This document shows, piece after piece, positions 10,018 to 21,014 of a DNA stretch of 64,000 nt; the first letter of the stretch is position 1; each line of letters starts with the position of its first letter. The position numbers and the translations under genes are program-made. Below the pieces are notes generated by a model. The model did not search any database and had not been told where the DNA came from. It saw only the letters and a program-made list of their open reading frames with translations. Source of the DNA: an uncultured Acidobacteriota bacterium (lineage in GTDB: Bacteria; Acidobacteriota; UBA6911; RPQK01; JAPXNP01); contig CAVZRV010000031.1 of assembly GCA_963777605.1 (NCBI GenBank), positions 448,001 through 512,000 on the forward strand, given 5' to 3'.

Positions 10018-11775
10018 TCAGATTCGGGCCTGGTAGGTATAGAGCTGATAGTATCGTCCCTGCCGGGCCATCAATTCGTCGTGAGTGCCCCGCTCGACGA
10101 TGCTTCCCCCTTCGATCACGAGGATCTGGTCGGCACGCCGGATCGTGCTTAGACGGTGCGCGATAACCAGCGTGGTCCGTCCCTTCATCAGTGTCTTGAG
10201 GCTTTCCTGGATGTAAAGCTCGCTCTCAGCATCGAGGTTCGAGGTCGCCTCGTCGAGGATCAGGATCCTTGGGTCGGCCAGCAAGGCACGCGCGATCGCC
10301 AGTCGCTGGCGCTGCCCTCCCGACAGTTTGACGCCGCGCTCTCCGATAACCGATTCCAGGCCCTTCTCGAGGCGTCCAACAAACTCGGTCACATGAGCAG
10401 CCTCGACTGCCCGCATGAGTTGGTCCTCATTCGCGTCCGGATTCCCGAACATCATGTTCTCCCGGATCGTCCCGTCGTACAGGAACTCGTCCTGCAGGAC
10501 CACACCGAGGCAGCGGCGAAAGCTGTCCAGCGTAACAGTGGAGAGATCGATCCCGTCGACCAGCACTTCACCCGAACGGGGGTTCAGAAACGAGGCGGCG
10601 AGCCCTGCAATCGTGGTCTTGCCTGACCCTGAACTTCCGACCAGCGCAGTGACCGTTCCGGGGGGAGCGTCGAACGTGATGTCTTTCAGTACATCCACTC
10701 CTTCGTCGTAGGCAAAGTAGACGTCCCGAAATGACAGTTCACCCTTGAAGTCCTCGAGTTCCAGCGTCCTCCGAGGGTCATCGATCTCGCGAGCCAGGGA
10801 GAGTATCTCCTGGGTCCGGTCCAGGCCGGCAAAGGCTTCCGTCATCTGACTGCCGATATTGCTCATCTGGACGATGGGGGTGATCAGAAACCCCAGGTAG
10901 AGCGTGAATGCAAAAAAGTCCCCGATCGTCATTCTCCCGCCGATGATCTGCCAGCCTCCGATCCCGATGATCCCGACCGCCGTCAACCCAAGCAGGAGAG
11001 TGGCCAGGCTGGTGACCAGGCTGGTTGCCGTCATCGACTTCTTGACGTTGCGGAAGATTCGTTCGACTCCACTTTCGAACACCGAGATTTCCTGACGTTC
11101 AGCATTGAACCCTTTAATCACCCTGATGCCGCCCAGGGACTCGGTCAGCCTCCCGGTCACCTCTGCATTGATTTTCCCCCGTTCCCGAAATATCGGGCGG
11201 ATGTACCCGAACGCCTTCAGTGAAACCAGGCCGAAAACGGCCAGCGGACCGAGGACGACAGCCGTCATCAGAGGATCGATCAGCAACAGGAGTACAAACG
11301 CAAAGATGGCGGTGAGCACCCCTCCGAAGAGCTGGACCAACCCGGTCCCGACAAGGTTTCGGACACCTTCCACGTCGCTCATGATCCGGGACACGAATTC
11401 GCCCGTCTTCGTGTTGTCGAACCGCCCCAGGGGCAGCCGGATGATATGTTCCTGGACTTGGGATCTGAGGCGCGAGATCAGGAACTGGGCTTCGATGCTC
11501 AGCAACTGGGTCAGATAGAAGGAACTCACCGCCTGGATCAGGATCGCCACGGCGATCCCCAGGAGAAGCCACTTGAGGAGTTGGAGATCCCCCTTGTTGA
11601 TGGCGTTGTCGATCACGTACTTGCTCGAACCGGGGAGCACCAGGCCCGAAAGCCGATTGACAAGGATCAGGCCCAACCCGGTCAACACCAGTTTCCGGCG
11701 CGGCCAGATAATCGACCAGAATGCGAAGCGGAAGGTCTGCCAGGATGCCTTCCTTTCCGATGAACCTCTTTCCAT
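10018..11775 (-). CDS. ABC exporter, fused permease/ATPase (MsbA/MdlB-like)
   Basis: Six-TM N-terminal domain; GSSGSGKTT, LSGGQRQR, ILILDEATS and IAHRLST. Confidence 0.95.
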   Translation of the reverse strand: MERGSSERKASWQTFRFAFWSIIWPRRKLVLTGLGLILVNRLSGLVLPGSSKYVIDNAINKGDLQLLKWLLLGIAVAILIQAVSSFYLTQLLSIEAQFLISRLRSQVQEHIIRLPLGRFDNTKTGEFVSRIMSDVEGVRNLVGTGLVQLFGGVLTAIFAFVLLLLIDPLMTAVVLGPLAVFGLVSLKAFGYIRPIFRERGKINAEVTGRLTESLGGIRVIKGFNAERQEISVFESGVERIFRNVKKSMTATSLVTSLATLLLGLTAVGIIGIGGWQIIGGRMTIGDFFAFTLYLGFLITPIVQMSNIGSQMTEAFAGLDRTQEILSLAREIDDPRRTLELEDFKGELSFRDVYFAYDEGVDVLKDITFDAPPGTVTALVGSSGSGKTTIAGLAASFLNPRSGEVLVDGIDLSTVTLDSFRRCLGVVLQDEFLYDGTIRENMMFGNPDANEDQLMRAVEAAHVTEFVGRLEKGLESVIGERGVKLSGGQRQRLAIARALLADPRILILDEATSNLDAESELYIQESLKTLMKGRTTLVIAHRLSTIRRADQILVIEGGSIVERGTHDELMARQGRYYQLYTYQARI

Positions 11776-11902
11776 AGCTTATTCTCTCGGTCGTCCCGCC
11801 CAAACAACGAGCCCACAACGATCCGCAACCCGCCCTGACGGAGTGCAGACTATTGTGCCACGGCTGTGAGGTTCAGGTTGTCGGCAAACGTCGCGATGGG
11901 CC

Positions 11903-11931
11903 TTGACGGGAAGACTGCCCTGCACTACAAG
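11903..11931 (+). promoter_or_regulatory. Putative sigma70 promoter
   Basis: TTGACG-17 nt-TACAAG, upstream of the AAGGAG RBS and the ATG at 11958. Confidence 0.4.
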
Positions 11932-11957
11932 GAGAGATCAGCCAAGGAGAATGCCTT

Positions 11958-14900
11958 ATGAACCGCGGGAAACTCTGGGGCTTCAACTGCCTCGCCCTTC
12001 CAATAGTCCTTTCAATCGTTGGCGTTCAACTCTCGTCGGGAGAATCGCAGAGAATCCCGGCCGAAGGGCTGGATCCTGCGGGAGAGGTCGGACAACGGCC
12101 CTACGAGATGGTCCTTGCCGACCGAAAACCGGTCCGGGAACCCCTGGTGAATTTCGATTCTCTCGAAGGCTGGGCCCTCGAGTGCGAGAACGGCGCCACG
12201 GGCAGATTAATCACATCCCGTAAACAGCAACTCTGGGACTCGCCTGTCGCCCAACTTGTTTACCGGGGTGACTCGGAGAAGAGTCGGGTAACCCTCCGTC
12301 CTCCAAAATCGATCCCGCTACCCAACCCGATTTCCGCGGTAACCGTCTGGATCTACGGCAACAACTGGGGTTGGGTGCCCGATCCGTCGACGCCCCAGGT
12401 GCCGGTCTCCCTGCTGATTCGGGACGCCGACGACGAACTCCACGAAGTGCCGCTGACACGGGTTCGCTGGCGGGAGTGGTGGCTGGTGCATCACGTCCTT
12501 CCGCAGGACCTGCTCTCTGCCTCGCCGCTCCGACTTGAGGGAATTCGGGTGGATGGCTGCAGCAACACCGAGGATCGCGAAATCTTCCTTGAAGACCTGG
12601 CCTTCTTCAAGGAAGAGCTTAAGCCATTGGCCTTTGCCCCCCGACCCCGGAGAGGGCTGGAACCCTTCCCCGGCCAGTCAACGGGAGCCAACGTCGGGCC
12701 GGGTCGACTTCCCTTCCCGACTCGGGACACCACTATTTTGCCTCAGAACGAAGTGGCCGATTTCGAGAACCGACTCTTTGCATCCGATCAGGACGGCCGG
12801 TACGAGTTCACCTACCAGGGTCCCGACGCGCGACTGGATTACGTGATCACCCCTGGAGACCGCTTCTGGGGCCCCGTCGAAGTCCGATTGAACGGAAGCA
12901 CGATCGCCCAGGCTATGGTCGATGCCGGCCCGGCCTTCACCAGTGAACTGGAGAATCTCCGACTCGAACGGGCATGGCTTGACAACAACACGGTCCGAGG
13001 GCGTTGGACCGGCACGGTCGAAGGGGATTCAATCACCGTCGACTCTGCCCTGCGCATGCTCCAAAAGAGCCTCGTCGTCGACTTTATCTGCCGGGGCGGC
13101 AAGGCGGAACGGCTCTCATACGGCACGATCGGCGGAGTCGAGCAACCCTCCCTGATTGCCATTCCGTACCTCAACTACGAGGGGCATCACCTGAACGTCC
13201 TGATGACCGGGGGAGACTCCCCCTCCTTCTCCTCGGTCTGGATGGACTGGTACCGTTCCAATGCATCCGAACCCTACACAGTCGATGAAGTGCAGGGGAA
13301 CTCCGTTGCCCTGAATGGAGGAACCCGTTACCTCCCGAAAACCGACGGGACACGGAACGACCTCTTCGAACGCTTCTTCGTAACCTTCTCGCCCCGGTTC
13401 GAGGAGGTCCTGCCCACGATTCCCAATCCTCCGGCCAAGGAGGGCAAGATCGCCGGGTCCCGTCTCTGGCAGGAAACGTGGGGCCCACAGGATTACGCAA
13501 AAGAGAAGGAACGGTCGAGGAAGCTGCGCGAATACGGGATCGAGATGCTCACCCAGTGCAACCACGAGATCGCCTGGCGCGACGGAGGTGAGAGCTTCAC
13601 ATTTCGAACTTTCGCAGCCCCTGAGAAAGGGGGCGACGCCGCCCTGAAAGACTTCGTCGCCGCCCAAAAGAGACTGGGATGGCGCTCCGGCCTCTACACC
13701 AACTACACCGACTACGCCCCGGTCAATTCCAACTGGGACATCGACATGGTGATGAGACGGCCGTCGGGTGACTTAATCACCGCCTGGCCTCGCTGTTACT
13801 CTCCGAAGGCGCTCTTCGCCGTGGAAATGGACCGGAAACTGGCACCGGTTATCCACCGCAAGTTCGGATCGAACGCGGCCTATACCGATGTCCACACCGC
13901 GGTCTCTCCCTGGTCCCGTACCGATTACGACGCCCGGGTACCGGGAGCAGGCACCTTCGCGGCCACGTTCTACGCCTACGGCGAACTTCTGCTTCACGAT
14001 CAGGACGTCTACGACCACCATTGCTGGTCGGAAGGCAATCACCAGTGGCTCTACGCGGGGCTGACCACGGGTCACTATGGCCTGACCTACAGCGATCTGA
14101 AATACCGCGAGTATCCCTATCTGCCGCACTTTGACCTGCTCAAGATGCACCCGCTCAGCGTGGACATCGGGATGCCCTGGACCGCGCGCTTTTTTCGCGA
14201 AGACGAGGGATGGAGCTCGCCGGAACGCATCGAAGGGAGCATCGACCAGTTTCTGGCCGCGACGATCGCCTACGGCCACATGGCCTGGCTGGTGGAAGAG
14301 ACTCACGGAATCCGACAGACCTGCCGGTCCTATTACATGATGCAGCAACTGCAGAGTCGCTACGTCATGGAGAAGCCCGAGGTCATCGACTACGGCGGAG
14401 ACGGCGGTCTCGTGAGCGCTTCAGCGGCGCTTCGCAGCGGCCTGTGGAAGGAATCCCGGCTTCACGTCCGGTATCGGAACGGGCTCGAGATCTGGGTCAA
14501 TGGAAACCGGGACAACGACTGGATCGTCAACACCGAAGGCGAGGAGTTCCGGCTGCCGCCCTACGGCTGGCTGGCCTCCCAGGGACCCGGCTTCTTCGAA
14601 TCCTCCTCGACTGGTCAATGGTCACCGCGTCGACCGGATCGCTTCTCCAGCATACGTCTTCCTGGATGGTCGCGGCCAGGAGAGCACTTTCCAGGGGATC
14701 ACCACGGGCGGAAGCGTCGCAGTTCGTCCGGCCGCGGCAGGTGACGGGCTTTCGATCACGGCAGTCGAGGGAGTCGAATCCCTTTCTTTGACAAGACCGA
14801 AAGGACAGTTCGCCTGGGACGACGTCCGGACCCAGATGGCGCGCGTCGCCGATGCGTCCAGCCTCTCGGTGACCGCCTACGGCCCCGGTAACAGCGAACT

Positions 14901-14991
14901 CGGCACCCAAGCGGCGGTCAAAAACGGCGGCGCCTGGGCCATCCAGGTGGTCCCCCAGGCAATCCGTTACGAGGTTGCGGTCAGCCGGTGA
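11958..14991 (+). CDS. Large secreted putative glycoside hydrolase (GH101/GH129/DUF5696-like TIM barrel); frameshift near 14610
   Basis: Signal peptide; GG..ALKDFV..QKRLGWRSGLYTNYTD, AYTDVHT and WSEG resemble the catalytic Asp/Glu segments of alpha-N-acetylgalactosaminidase families. ORFs 11958..14744 and 14500..14991 join near 14610. Confidence 0.55.
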
Positions 14992-14997
14992 AAAGGG

Positions 14998-15029
14998 TCG
15001 GACCAGTCTGACCTGTCTGACTGGTCCGA
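14998..15029. terminator. Hairpin between convergent genes
   Basis: TCGGACCAGTC...GACTGGTCCGA inverted repeat between the stops at 14991 (+) and 15038 (-). Confidence 0.45.
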
Positions 15030-15037
15030 CTCAGAAT

Positions 15038-17473
15038 TCACTGCGCTCGTTCGACCGGCCCATGGTAGACGCTTCCTCCGAAGGTCGTCAGGTAAACCAT
15101 CGCAGGATCCTCCGGATCGGGGATCACCCGGTGGCCCCAGCCGAAGTTGTATCCTTCGAGGCGGTTCCACGATTGGCCCGAATCATTGCTGAAGTAAGCC
15201 GCCCCCTGGAAGGTATTCAGGTAGACACGTCCGGGAATCCGCGAATCCAGGCTAATCCCGTAGACGTAAGCCTGGGGGTCGAATACCGACTGCCAGGTTG
15301 CGCCTCCGTCGTCGGAACGCCAGGCCCCGCCGGCCACTTCCGCCATTGAGCCCTCAGGGCCGTCGGCGCCGTAGTCACCCCGGGTGATACGACCCCAGCA
15401 AGCCAGGTAAAGCTGTCTTGGGTTTCCGGAATCGACGGCCAGCGAATTGGGGTACCGGACACCAGGAGGCAACGCCAGCTTCTCCCAGCGCTCGGCCCCA
15501 TCCGTGCTGCGGTAGATTTCACCCGGCTGCAGGTCGGGCATGACCTGTTTTCCATCGAATTGAGTGTTGTGCGCCACGATGAGGTACAGGGAGCCGCCGG
15601 ACCCGCGGGTGAGTTCCCAGGCGTTCAGATTGGGCCCAACGCCTTGATTCTTCTGGGTCCAGTGCGCCCCTCCGTCCTCGGTTTTGTAAACTCCCTGGCC
15701 ATAAATCGCAGCATAGAGCGTCCGACTCTGCTCTGGCGAATCCGGGTCCAGGACGAGGCTGGTCACCGGGGAGTTTGCCGGGAGCCCGTCGCTGGTCACG
15801 ACCCAGCTCTTGCCCCCGTCCTCAGAAAGGCAGACACCTCCAACGGCGAGCTCCTTCCAGTCAGGCTGACGGATCATCTTGAGCCGGGGGATGTCGTGCC
15901 AGGAAGACCACGCGCTCCAGATCATGCCTTGCACGGCCGGATCGAACTGCATCCAGTAGCAGGTGTTGTCCCAGGCGGGGGGAACCCCTTGCACCGAACG
16001 CTGCCACGTTCGCCCCCGGTCAAAGGAGTGGAAATAACCGATATCGGTGTAACTGACCGCGATGTGGTCCGAGTTGAACGGATCGAAGTGAACGCCGTAA
16101 CAGGTCGTCACGTCGAGTCCCCGGGATCGCACCGCCCCGGTTTCGAGCGTTTCGCTGTACAGTGCGTTCCAGTTCAATCCGCCGTCGGTGGTTTTCAACG
16201 CCCGGTACCAGTCGGTGAAGATCGCCGTCTGGGGGTTGCCCGGATCGACTGCGACGTCGAGCATGCGGATGTACTCACCGCCAAAGGCCTCACGGACCCA
16301 GGAGTCATGGACATTCGCCGCCCTGACGCCATCTCGAACAGTGTAGTCGGAATGACCCCCTCCGGCCTGGTAGACCCAGTTCCAGGAGGCACCTGCATCG
16401 GCCGTCTTGAGAACACCATACCAGTGCCCGGCACTGCCTGAGGAGTCTTCAGTCATCCACCGGTCACAGGTCGCGTAGGCAATCCGGGCGTCCGAACTGG
16501 AGCAGGCGATCCCGCTAATCGAGGCCCGGGCATCGCCGCCACTCAGGCCATTCACCGTCAGTTCGACCTTCTGCCAGGTCTTTCCAAGATCGGGACTCTG
16601 GAACAGGTCGCCTCCCTCCCCGATTGCGCCTCGTTCCTGGCGGCCGACCGCCCAGAGTTGAAAGCGGCCGCTTGACGGGTTGAGCCCGCCGTCAACCGAG
16701 GTGACTGACGACAGCCCCTCCGAAACCTGGCCAACCTCTTCGACCATCACGTCCCGGCTCTCGTCGAGGAGCAGCCGTCCCCGACGCCATAACACCACGA
16801 CCTGGCGGCGATCTCCGGGGAGTTCGAGCATACGCAAAACCGGGCCGTCGAGCTTGGCAACGAGATTCCACTCTCCGCCCCCATCGCGGGAACTGTAAAG
16901 ACCCGCCAGCCTTTGCCCGTCGCTGCGACCATTGACGCCCGCCAGGAGGTGGCTTGAGTCCTGCGAGTCAACCAGGATCGCGCTGACCGAGTTCCCCGGT
17001 CCCTGCGGGAAGTTGTCGGTCGTGACGAAGGAGGGCGAAGCGTGATCCCCTTCGTAGGAAATCTGGGTCACGCTTTCCGGAGCCGGAAAAATCTGCTGCC
17101 AGCTTGCGCCCCCATCGTGGGTTACATTGAGGCCGGCGCCACCCACGTACATGGTCTCCGGGTCGGACGGGTCGAATGCAAAGGCCCGGGCACCCCCAAG
17201 GAAATTGAACATCTCCCAGGAATTTCCGCCGTCCGGGCTGAAATAGGCACCGCCCATGTCACAGCGCAGCAGTATCCGGTTCGGATCCCGGGGATGAAAC
17301 GTCGGGATAAAGGTCGATCCTCCGCCCCCAGGCCCAAGCCGGGTCATCGAGGGCGGCTGCGCCGTCCCGGTCTGAGGCTCCTCGCTTTTCGGGCCACAGC
17401 CCGCGGCCATTAATCCCAGCCCCAATAACACCAACAAAGCCGCTGAAAACTTCCCCGTCGCGCCTCGTGACAT
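15038..17473 (-). CDS. BNR/Asp-box beta-propeller lipoprotein (GH74/VPS10-like)
   Basis: Lipobox AAGC and many S/T-x-D-G-G-x-S/T-W repeats (SPDGGNSW, THDGGASW, TTDGGLNW, SEDGGKSW, SDDGGATW); CDMGG near the N-terminus. Confidence 0.8.
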   Translation of the reverse strand: MSRGATGKFSAALLVLLGLGLMAAGCGPKSEEPQTGTAQPPSMTRLGPGGGGSTFIPTFHPRDPNRILLRCDMGGAYFSPDGGNSWEMFNFLGGARAFAFDPSDPETMYVGGAGLNVTHDGGASWQQIFPAPESVTQISYEGDHASPSFVTTDNFPQGPGNSVSAILVDSQDSSHLLAGVNGRSDGQRLAGLYSSRDGGGEWNLVAKLDGPVLRMLELPGDRRQVVVLWRRGRLLLDESRDVMVEEVGQVSEGLSSVTSVDGGLNPSSGRFQLWAVGRQERGAIGEGGDLFQSPDLGKTWQKVELTVNGLSGGDARASISGIACSSSDARIAYATCDRWMTEDSSGSAGHWYGVLKTADAGASWNWVYQAGGGHSDYTVRDGVRAANVHDSWVREAFGGEYIRMLDVAVDPGNPQTAIFTDWYRALKTTDGGLNWNALYSETLETGAVRSRGLDVTTCYGVHFDPFNSDHIAVSYTDIGYFHSFDRGRTWQRSVQGVPPAWDNTCYWMQFDPAVQGMIWSAWSSWHDIPRLKMIRQPDWKELAVGGVCLSEDGGKSWVVTSDGLPANSPVTSLVLDPDSPEQSRTLYAAIYGQGVYKTEDGGAHWTQKNQGVGPNLNAWELTRGSGGSLYLIVAHNTQFDGKQVMPDLQPGEIYRSTDGAERWEKLALPPGVRYPNSLAVDSGNPRQLYLACWGRITRGDYGADGPEGSMAEVAGGAWRSDDGGATWQSVFDPQAYVYGISLDSRIPGRVYLNTFQGAAYFSNDSGQSWNRLEGYNFGWGHRVIPDPEDPAMVYLTTFGGSVYHGPVERAQ

Positions 17474-17528
17474 GGCAACACCCTCCTCTGGCAGACTCGA
17501 TGCATGTGATGATTTCGTCGGCCGGACC

Positions 17529-17557
17529 TTGACCCTCGACCGGTTCTGTCATAGCTT
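17529..17557 (+). promoter_or_regulatory. Putative sigma70 promoter for the Nramp-like gene
   Basis: TTGACC-17 nt-TAGCTT in the short divergent intergenic gap. Confidence 0.35.
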
Positions 17558-17573
17558 CGCCCGGAGCAACTCT

Positions 17574-18779
17574 GTGTTCAAGTCTTTTCGCAATCGCCTC
17601 AAAAAACTTGGCCCTGCATTCGTGATCGCCGCCGTCGTTCTGGGCCCCGGCAGCATTACCTTGAGTACGATGGCCGGCAGCCTCTACGGCTACCGCCTGC
17701 TGTGGGTCTCCGTCCTCGCCACCGCGTTCATGATTGTCTTCACGACCATGGCTGCGAGAATCGGCCTGGTCACCCAGCGTACACTCCTTGAGCTTGCCGC
17801 GGAGCGGTTCGGCAGGGGCCTCGCAATGGTGGGCGGTTTGACGGGGTTTCTGGCAATCCTTGCTTTCCAGGCAGGGAACAGTGCCGCCGTTGGTTTTTCG
17901 GGAGATGCGATATTCGGCCACGGGCCGCGAATCTGGGCCTTCCTCCTCTTCCTGCCTGCGGCGCTGCTCCTGCAACTGCCCGAGCTCTACAAGAGGCTGG
18001 AACAATTCGTCAAGATTTCGGTTGGGTTGATGATCCTCAGTTTTATCGGCACCCTGGTCGTGGTTGGAATCGACGTTCGACAGATCCCGGGGGCGCTGGT
18101 ACCAGGGTTCCCCGATTCCGCTTCGGCGTTTCTCGCCCTGGGCATGGCGGCAACCACCTTTTCCGTCGCTGGCGCCGCCTACCAGTGCTATCTGGTTAAA
18201 GAGAAACGGTGGACACGGGAGGACGGCCGGGAGCAAGGGCTGGACACGGTGCTCGGAATTGCCGCACTCGGACTGATTTCCTCCGTAATCCTGATGACCA
18301 GCGCCGGAGTGGCTGCCTCGGTCGGCGCAAAATCGTTCACCGCCCAAAGCATGGTTCTGCAGCTCGAGCCGCTGGCGGGAAGATTCGCATTCGCGCTCTT
18401 CATGGTCGGTTTTTTCGCCGCTTCCTTCTCGTCCCTCGTGGTCAACCCGCTGATCGGGGCCACCCTCCTCATCGACGGGTTCGGAGGTGATACCACGATG
18501 GCCGGCAGGCCTGTTCGCCTGTGGGCGTCGCTCATCATGGTGGCCGGAGCGGGGCTCGTCGTCCTCTACGGGGAAACTCCGATTGAACTGCTCCGGACAG
18601 CCCAGGCGTTGGCCGTCGTCGCCTTTCCCGTGCTTGGATTTCTGATCTGGTGGCTGGCGCGTGACCGTTCGGTCATGGGGGATCGAGTCAACCGCTGGTG
18701 GATGGACATCCTTGCCGCCCTCGGCTACTTCACGGTGGTGGCGGTCGTGCTCAATTACTTGAGGCAGCTTCTTGGGTGA
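17574..18779 (+). CDS. Nramp-family-related transporter (non-canonical GPGS motif)
   Basis: LGPAFVIAAVVLGPGSIT...GSLYGYRLLW and about 11 TM helices. GTG start at 17574 follows GGAG. Confidence 0.8.
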   Translation: MFKSFRNRLKKLGPAFVIAAVVLGPGSITLSTMAGSLYGYRLLWVSVLATAFMIVFTTMAARIGLVTQRTLLELAAERFGRGLAMVGGLTGFLAILAFQAGNSAAVGFSGDAIFGHGPRIWAFLLFLPAALLLQLPELYKRLEQFVKISVGLMILSFIGTLVVVGIDVRQIPGALVPGFPDSASAFLALGMAATTFSVAGAAYQCYLVKEKRWTREDGREQGLDTVLGIAALGLISSVILMTSAGVAASVGAKSFTAQSMVLQLEPLAGRFAFALFMVGFFAASFSSLVVNPLIGATLLIDGFGGDTTMAGRPVRLWASLIMVAGAGLVVLYGETPIELLRTAQALAVVAFPVLGFLIWWLARDRSVMGDRVNRWWMDILAALGYFTVVAVVLNYLRQLLG

Positions 18780-18862
18780 ATAGGCCCCTGCCGGTATACT
18801 GAATTCTGGATTCTTTGGTGTCTCTTTTCACTTCCGAGTCAACCGGTTGAGAGGAAAAGGCG

Positions 18863-20998
18863 ATGGACTGGACTCGTAGAGGTTTTCTTGCAGGCTGTGT
18901 CGGGCTCCCGTTGCTGCGGATCTGCCCCGTTCTCGGGCGTCCCTACCCGGGCCTGATTTACCGTGACTATTCAGCCTGCCTGCCGGACTTCCTGACCGGA
19001 GTCGCGGAAGCGGCTTACCAGGGGCGGAACCGGCGACTGGATCAACTGACCACTGCGGAATCGATCACCCAGTACCAGGAATGGGCCCGCGACACGTTCT
19101 GGAACCTGACTGGAGGGAGGCTCGAACGGACCCCGCTGAATCAGCGCAGCCTCGGCTCCTTCGATCGGCCCGGTTACCGAGTCGAGAAGATCGTCTACGA
19201 CAGCCGGCCCGACTTTCCCGTTCCCGCCAATCTCTACTTGCCCGCTTCCGGCAAACCTCCTTATCCGGGAGTGCTTTTCCAGATGGGTCATTCGCTCAAC
19301 GGCAAGGCTGCCGCCACCTACCAGCGATGTTGCCAGGGCCTGGCCCAACTGGGCTTCGTGGTACTGGGATTTGATCCCATGGGGCAGGGGGAGCGCGCCT
19401 ACTATCCCCGCGAAGACGGGTACATGACGAGACTCGACTCCGCCGACGAAGAGCACTCCCGGCCCGGTCGCCAGATGCTGCTCGTCGGAGACACTTCCAC
19501 GCGACTCCAGTTGTGGGACGCCGTGCGCAGCCTCGACGTTCTCGCCGCTCATCCCCTGGTAGACCCCGATCGACTGGCGTCAACGGGCCAGTCAGGCGGG
19601 GCAACGCTGACCATGCTGCTGGCCGCGGTGGACGATCGCCTCAAGGTGGCGGCGGTCTCTTCGGGCAACACGGAAAACGTTGCCTGCGCCAACTTCAATC
19701 CCCCCGGGTCAACCGACGACGCGGAGCAGAACATCCTGAACAGCGGCCCGGAACGATTCGATCGCTGGGACCTGCTTTACCCCTTCGCCCCCAAGCCGCT
19801 TCTGGTGCTGGTCAGCGACAGGGACTGGTTCGGGACCTACTCCAGCCGGTACCTGAGCAGTGGCTGGGAGGAATACCAGAAGCTGGAGAAGATCTACCAG
19901 GTCATGGGTAAATCCGATCAACTGCAATGGGGAGACGGACCCTTTCCACACAACCTGGCTTACGACGTCCGCCTGGAGGTCTACCGCTGGATGCTGCGCT
20001 GGCTGAAGGGAGATCAACAAGCGGCCGCCCAGTTGAAAGAAGAGCCCCCCACCCGTCTCGAGGATGATCGCACCCTCTGGATTACGCGATCGGGAAATGT
20101 TCAGGAACTGGGATCCGAGACCCCGTTTAGCCTCAACCTCAAGAAAGCGGAAGCGATCAGACGGCCCGGGGGTATCGGCGACCTCCCCGCCCTCCTGGCC
20201 CTCGAGAAAGCCCCCGAACAGGCTCGCGAATTCGCACGCCTGGGATCACGGCCTTCCGGGCGCATCATGCTCGAGGCCGTCGAAGTTCCGAGCGCACCTT
20301 CGGTGTGGGTCCCGGCCTGGATGTTCCTGCCCGAACAGCGGGGTGAAAAGGTAGTGGTCATCGTGGAACCGGGAGGAAGAAGCAGTCGGTGGAAAGAGGG
20401 AGAACTCTACCAGTCCCTTGCGGACAGCGGAATCCCGGTCTGTGCACCCGATATCCGGTGGATCGGCGACCTTCGTCCCCGTTTCTCCGAAGGGGCGCGC
20501 AACCACGCCAGCTGGCACCAGGACGAAGAGGCTTGGTCCTGGGGCTCGCTGATCCTGGGACGCCCGCTTCTCGGACAGCGCGTAGATGACTTGCTTGCCG
20601 TCATTTCAGCCGTCGGCCGGCACCCCGAAACGCGGGGCCTGAAAGTCGTTCTGGCGGCACGGGGAGAATTGACAGTACCAGCCCTCTGTGCGGCAGCGCT
20701 CTCTCCCGAGGTGGAATCGGTACTGCTCGACTCCGGGCTGGGGTCATTCGAGAGCGTCGTGGAAACCGAAGATTACCACCAGCCGTTCGCCAATTTCGTT
20801 ACCGGGTTCCTGACCCAGACCGATCTCCCCGAAATCGCCGGTTCGATCGCGCCTCGGCGCTTGACGCTGGCCGGCACGGTTGACGGAGCCGGGCGCCGGC
20901 TCAGTGCCGGAGAGGTCCGCGAACTCTACGGATCTGGTCCCGAACTGACGATCTCCGAAGACCCGGCGTGGACCCTCGAGGCAATCAAGGCCCTTTGA
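18863..20998 (+). CDS. Tat-exported acetylxylan-esterase-like alpha/beta hydrolase with two hydrolase-fold domains
   Basis: TRRGFL twin-arginine signal, FDPMGQGER and the TGQSGG nucleophile elbow. The second domain (LGRPLLGQRVDDL) lacks a GxSxG motif. Confidence 0.8.
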   Translation: MDWTRRGFLAGCVGLPLLRICPVLGRPYPGLIYRDYSACLPDFLTGVAEAAYQGRNRRLDQLTTAESITQYQEWARDTFWNLTGGRLERTPLNQRSLGSFDRPGYRVEKIVYDSRPDFPVPANLYLPASGKPPYPGVLFQMGHSLNGKAAATYQRCCQGLAQLGFVVLGFDPMGQGERAYYPREDGYMTRLDSADEEHSRPGRQMLLVGDTSTRLQLWDAVRSLDVLAAHPLVDPDRLASTGQSGGATLTMLLAAVDDRLKVAAVSSGNTENVACANFNPPGSTDDAEQNILNSGPERFDRWDLLYPFAPKPLLVLVSDRDWFGTYSSRYLSSGWEEYQKLEKIYQVMGKSDQLQWGDGPFPHNLAYDVRLEVYRWMLRWLKGDQQAAAQLKEEPPTRLEDDRTLWITRSGNVQELGSETPFSLNLKKAEAIRRPGGIGDLPALLALEKAPEQAREFARLGSRPSGRIMLEAVEVPSAPSVWVPAWMFLPEQRGEKVVVIVEPGGRSSRWKEGELYQSLADSGIPVCAPDIRWIGDLRPRFSEGARNHASWHQDEEAWSWGSLILGRPLLGQRVDDLLAVISAVGRHPETRGLKVVLAARGELTVPALCAAALSPEVESVLLDSGLGSFESVVETEDYHQPFANFVTGFLTQTDLPEIAGSIAPRRLTLAGTVDGAGRRLSAGEVRELYGSGPELTISEDPAWTLEAIKAL

Positions 20999-21014
20999 AG
21001 ACCGCGACCCTGAC

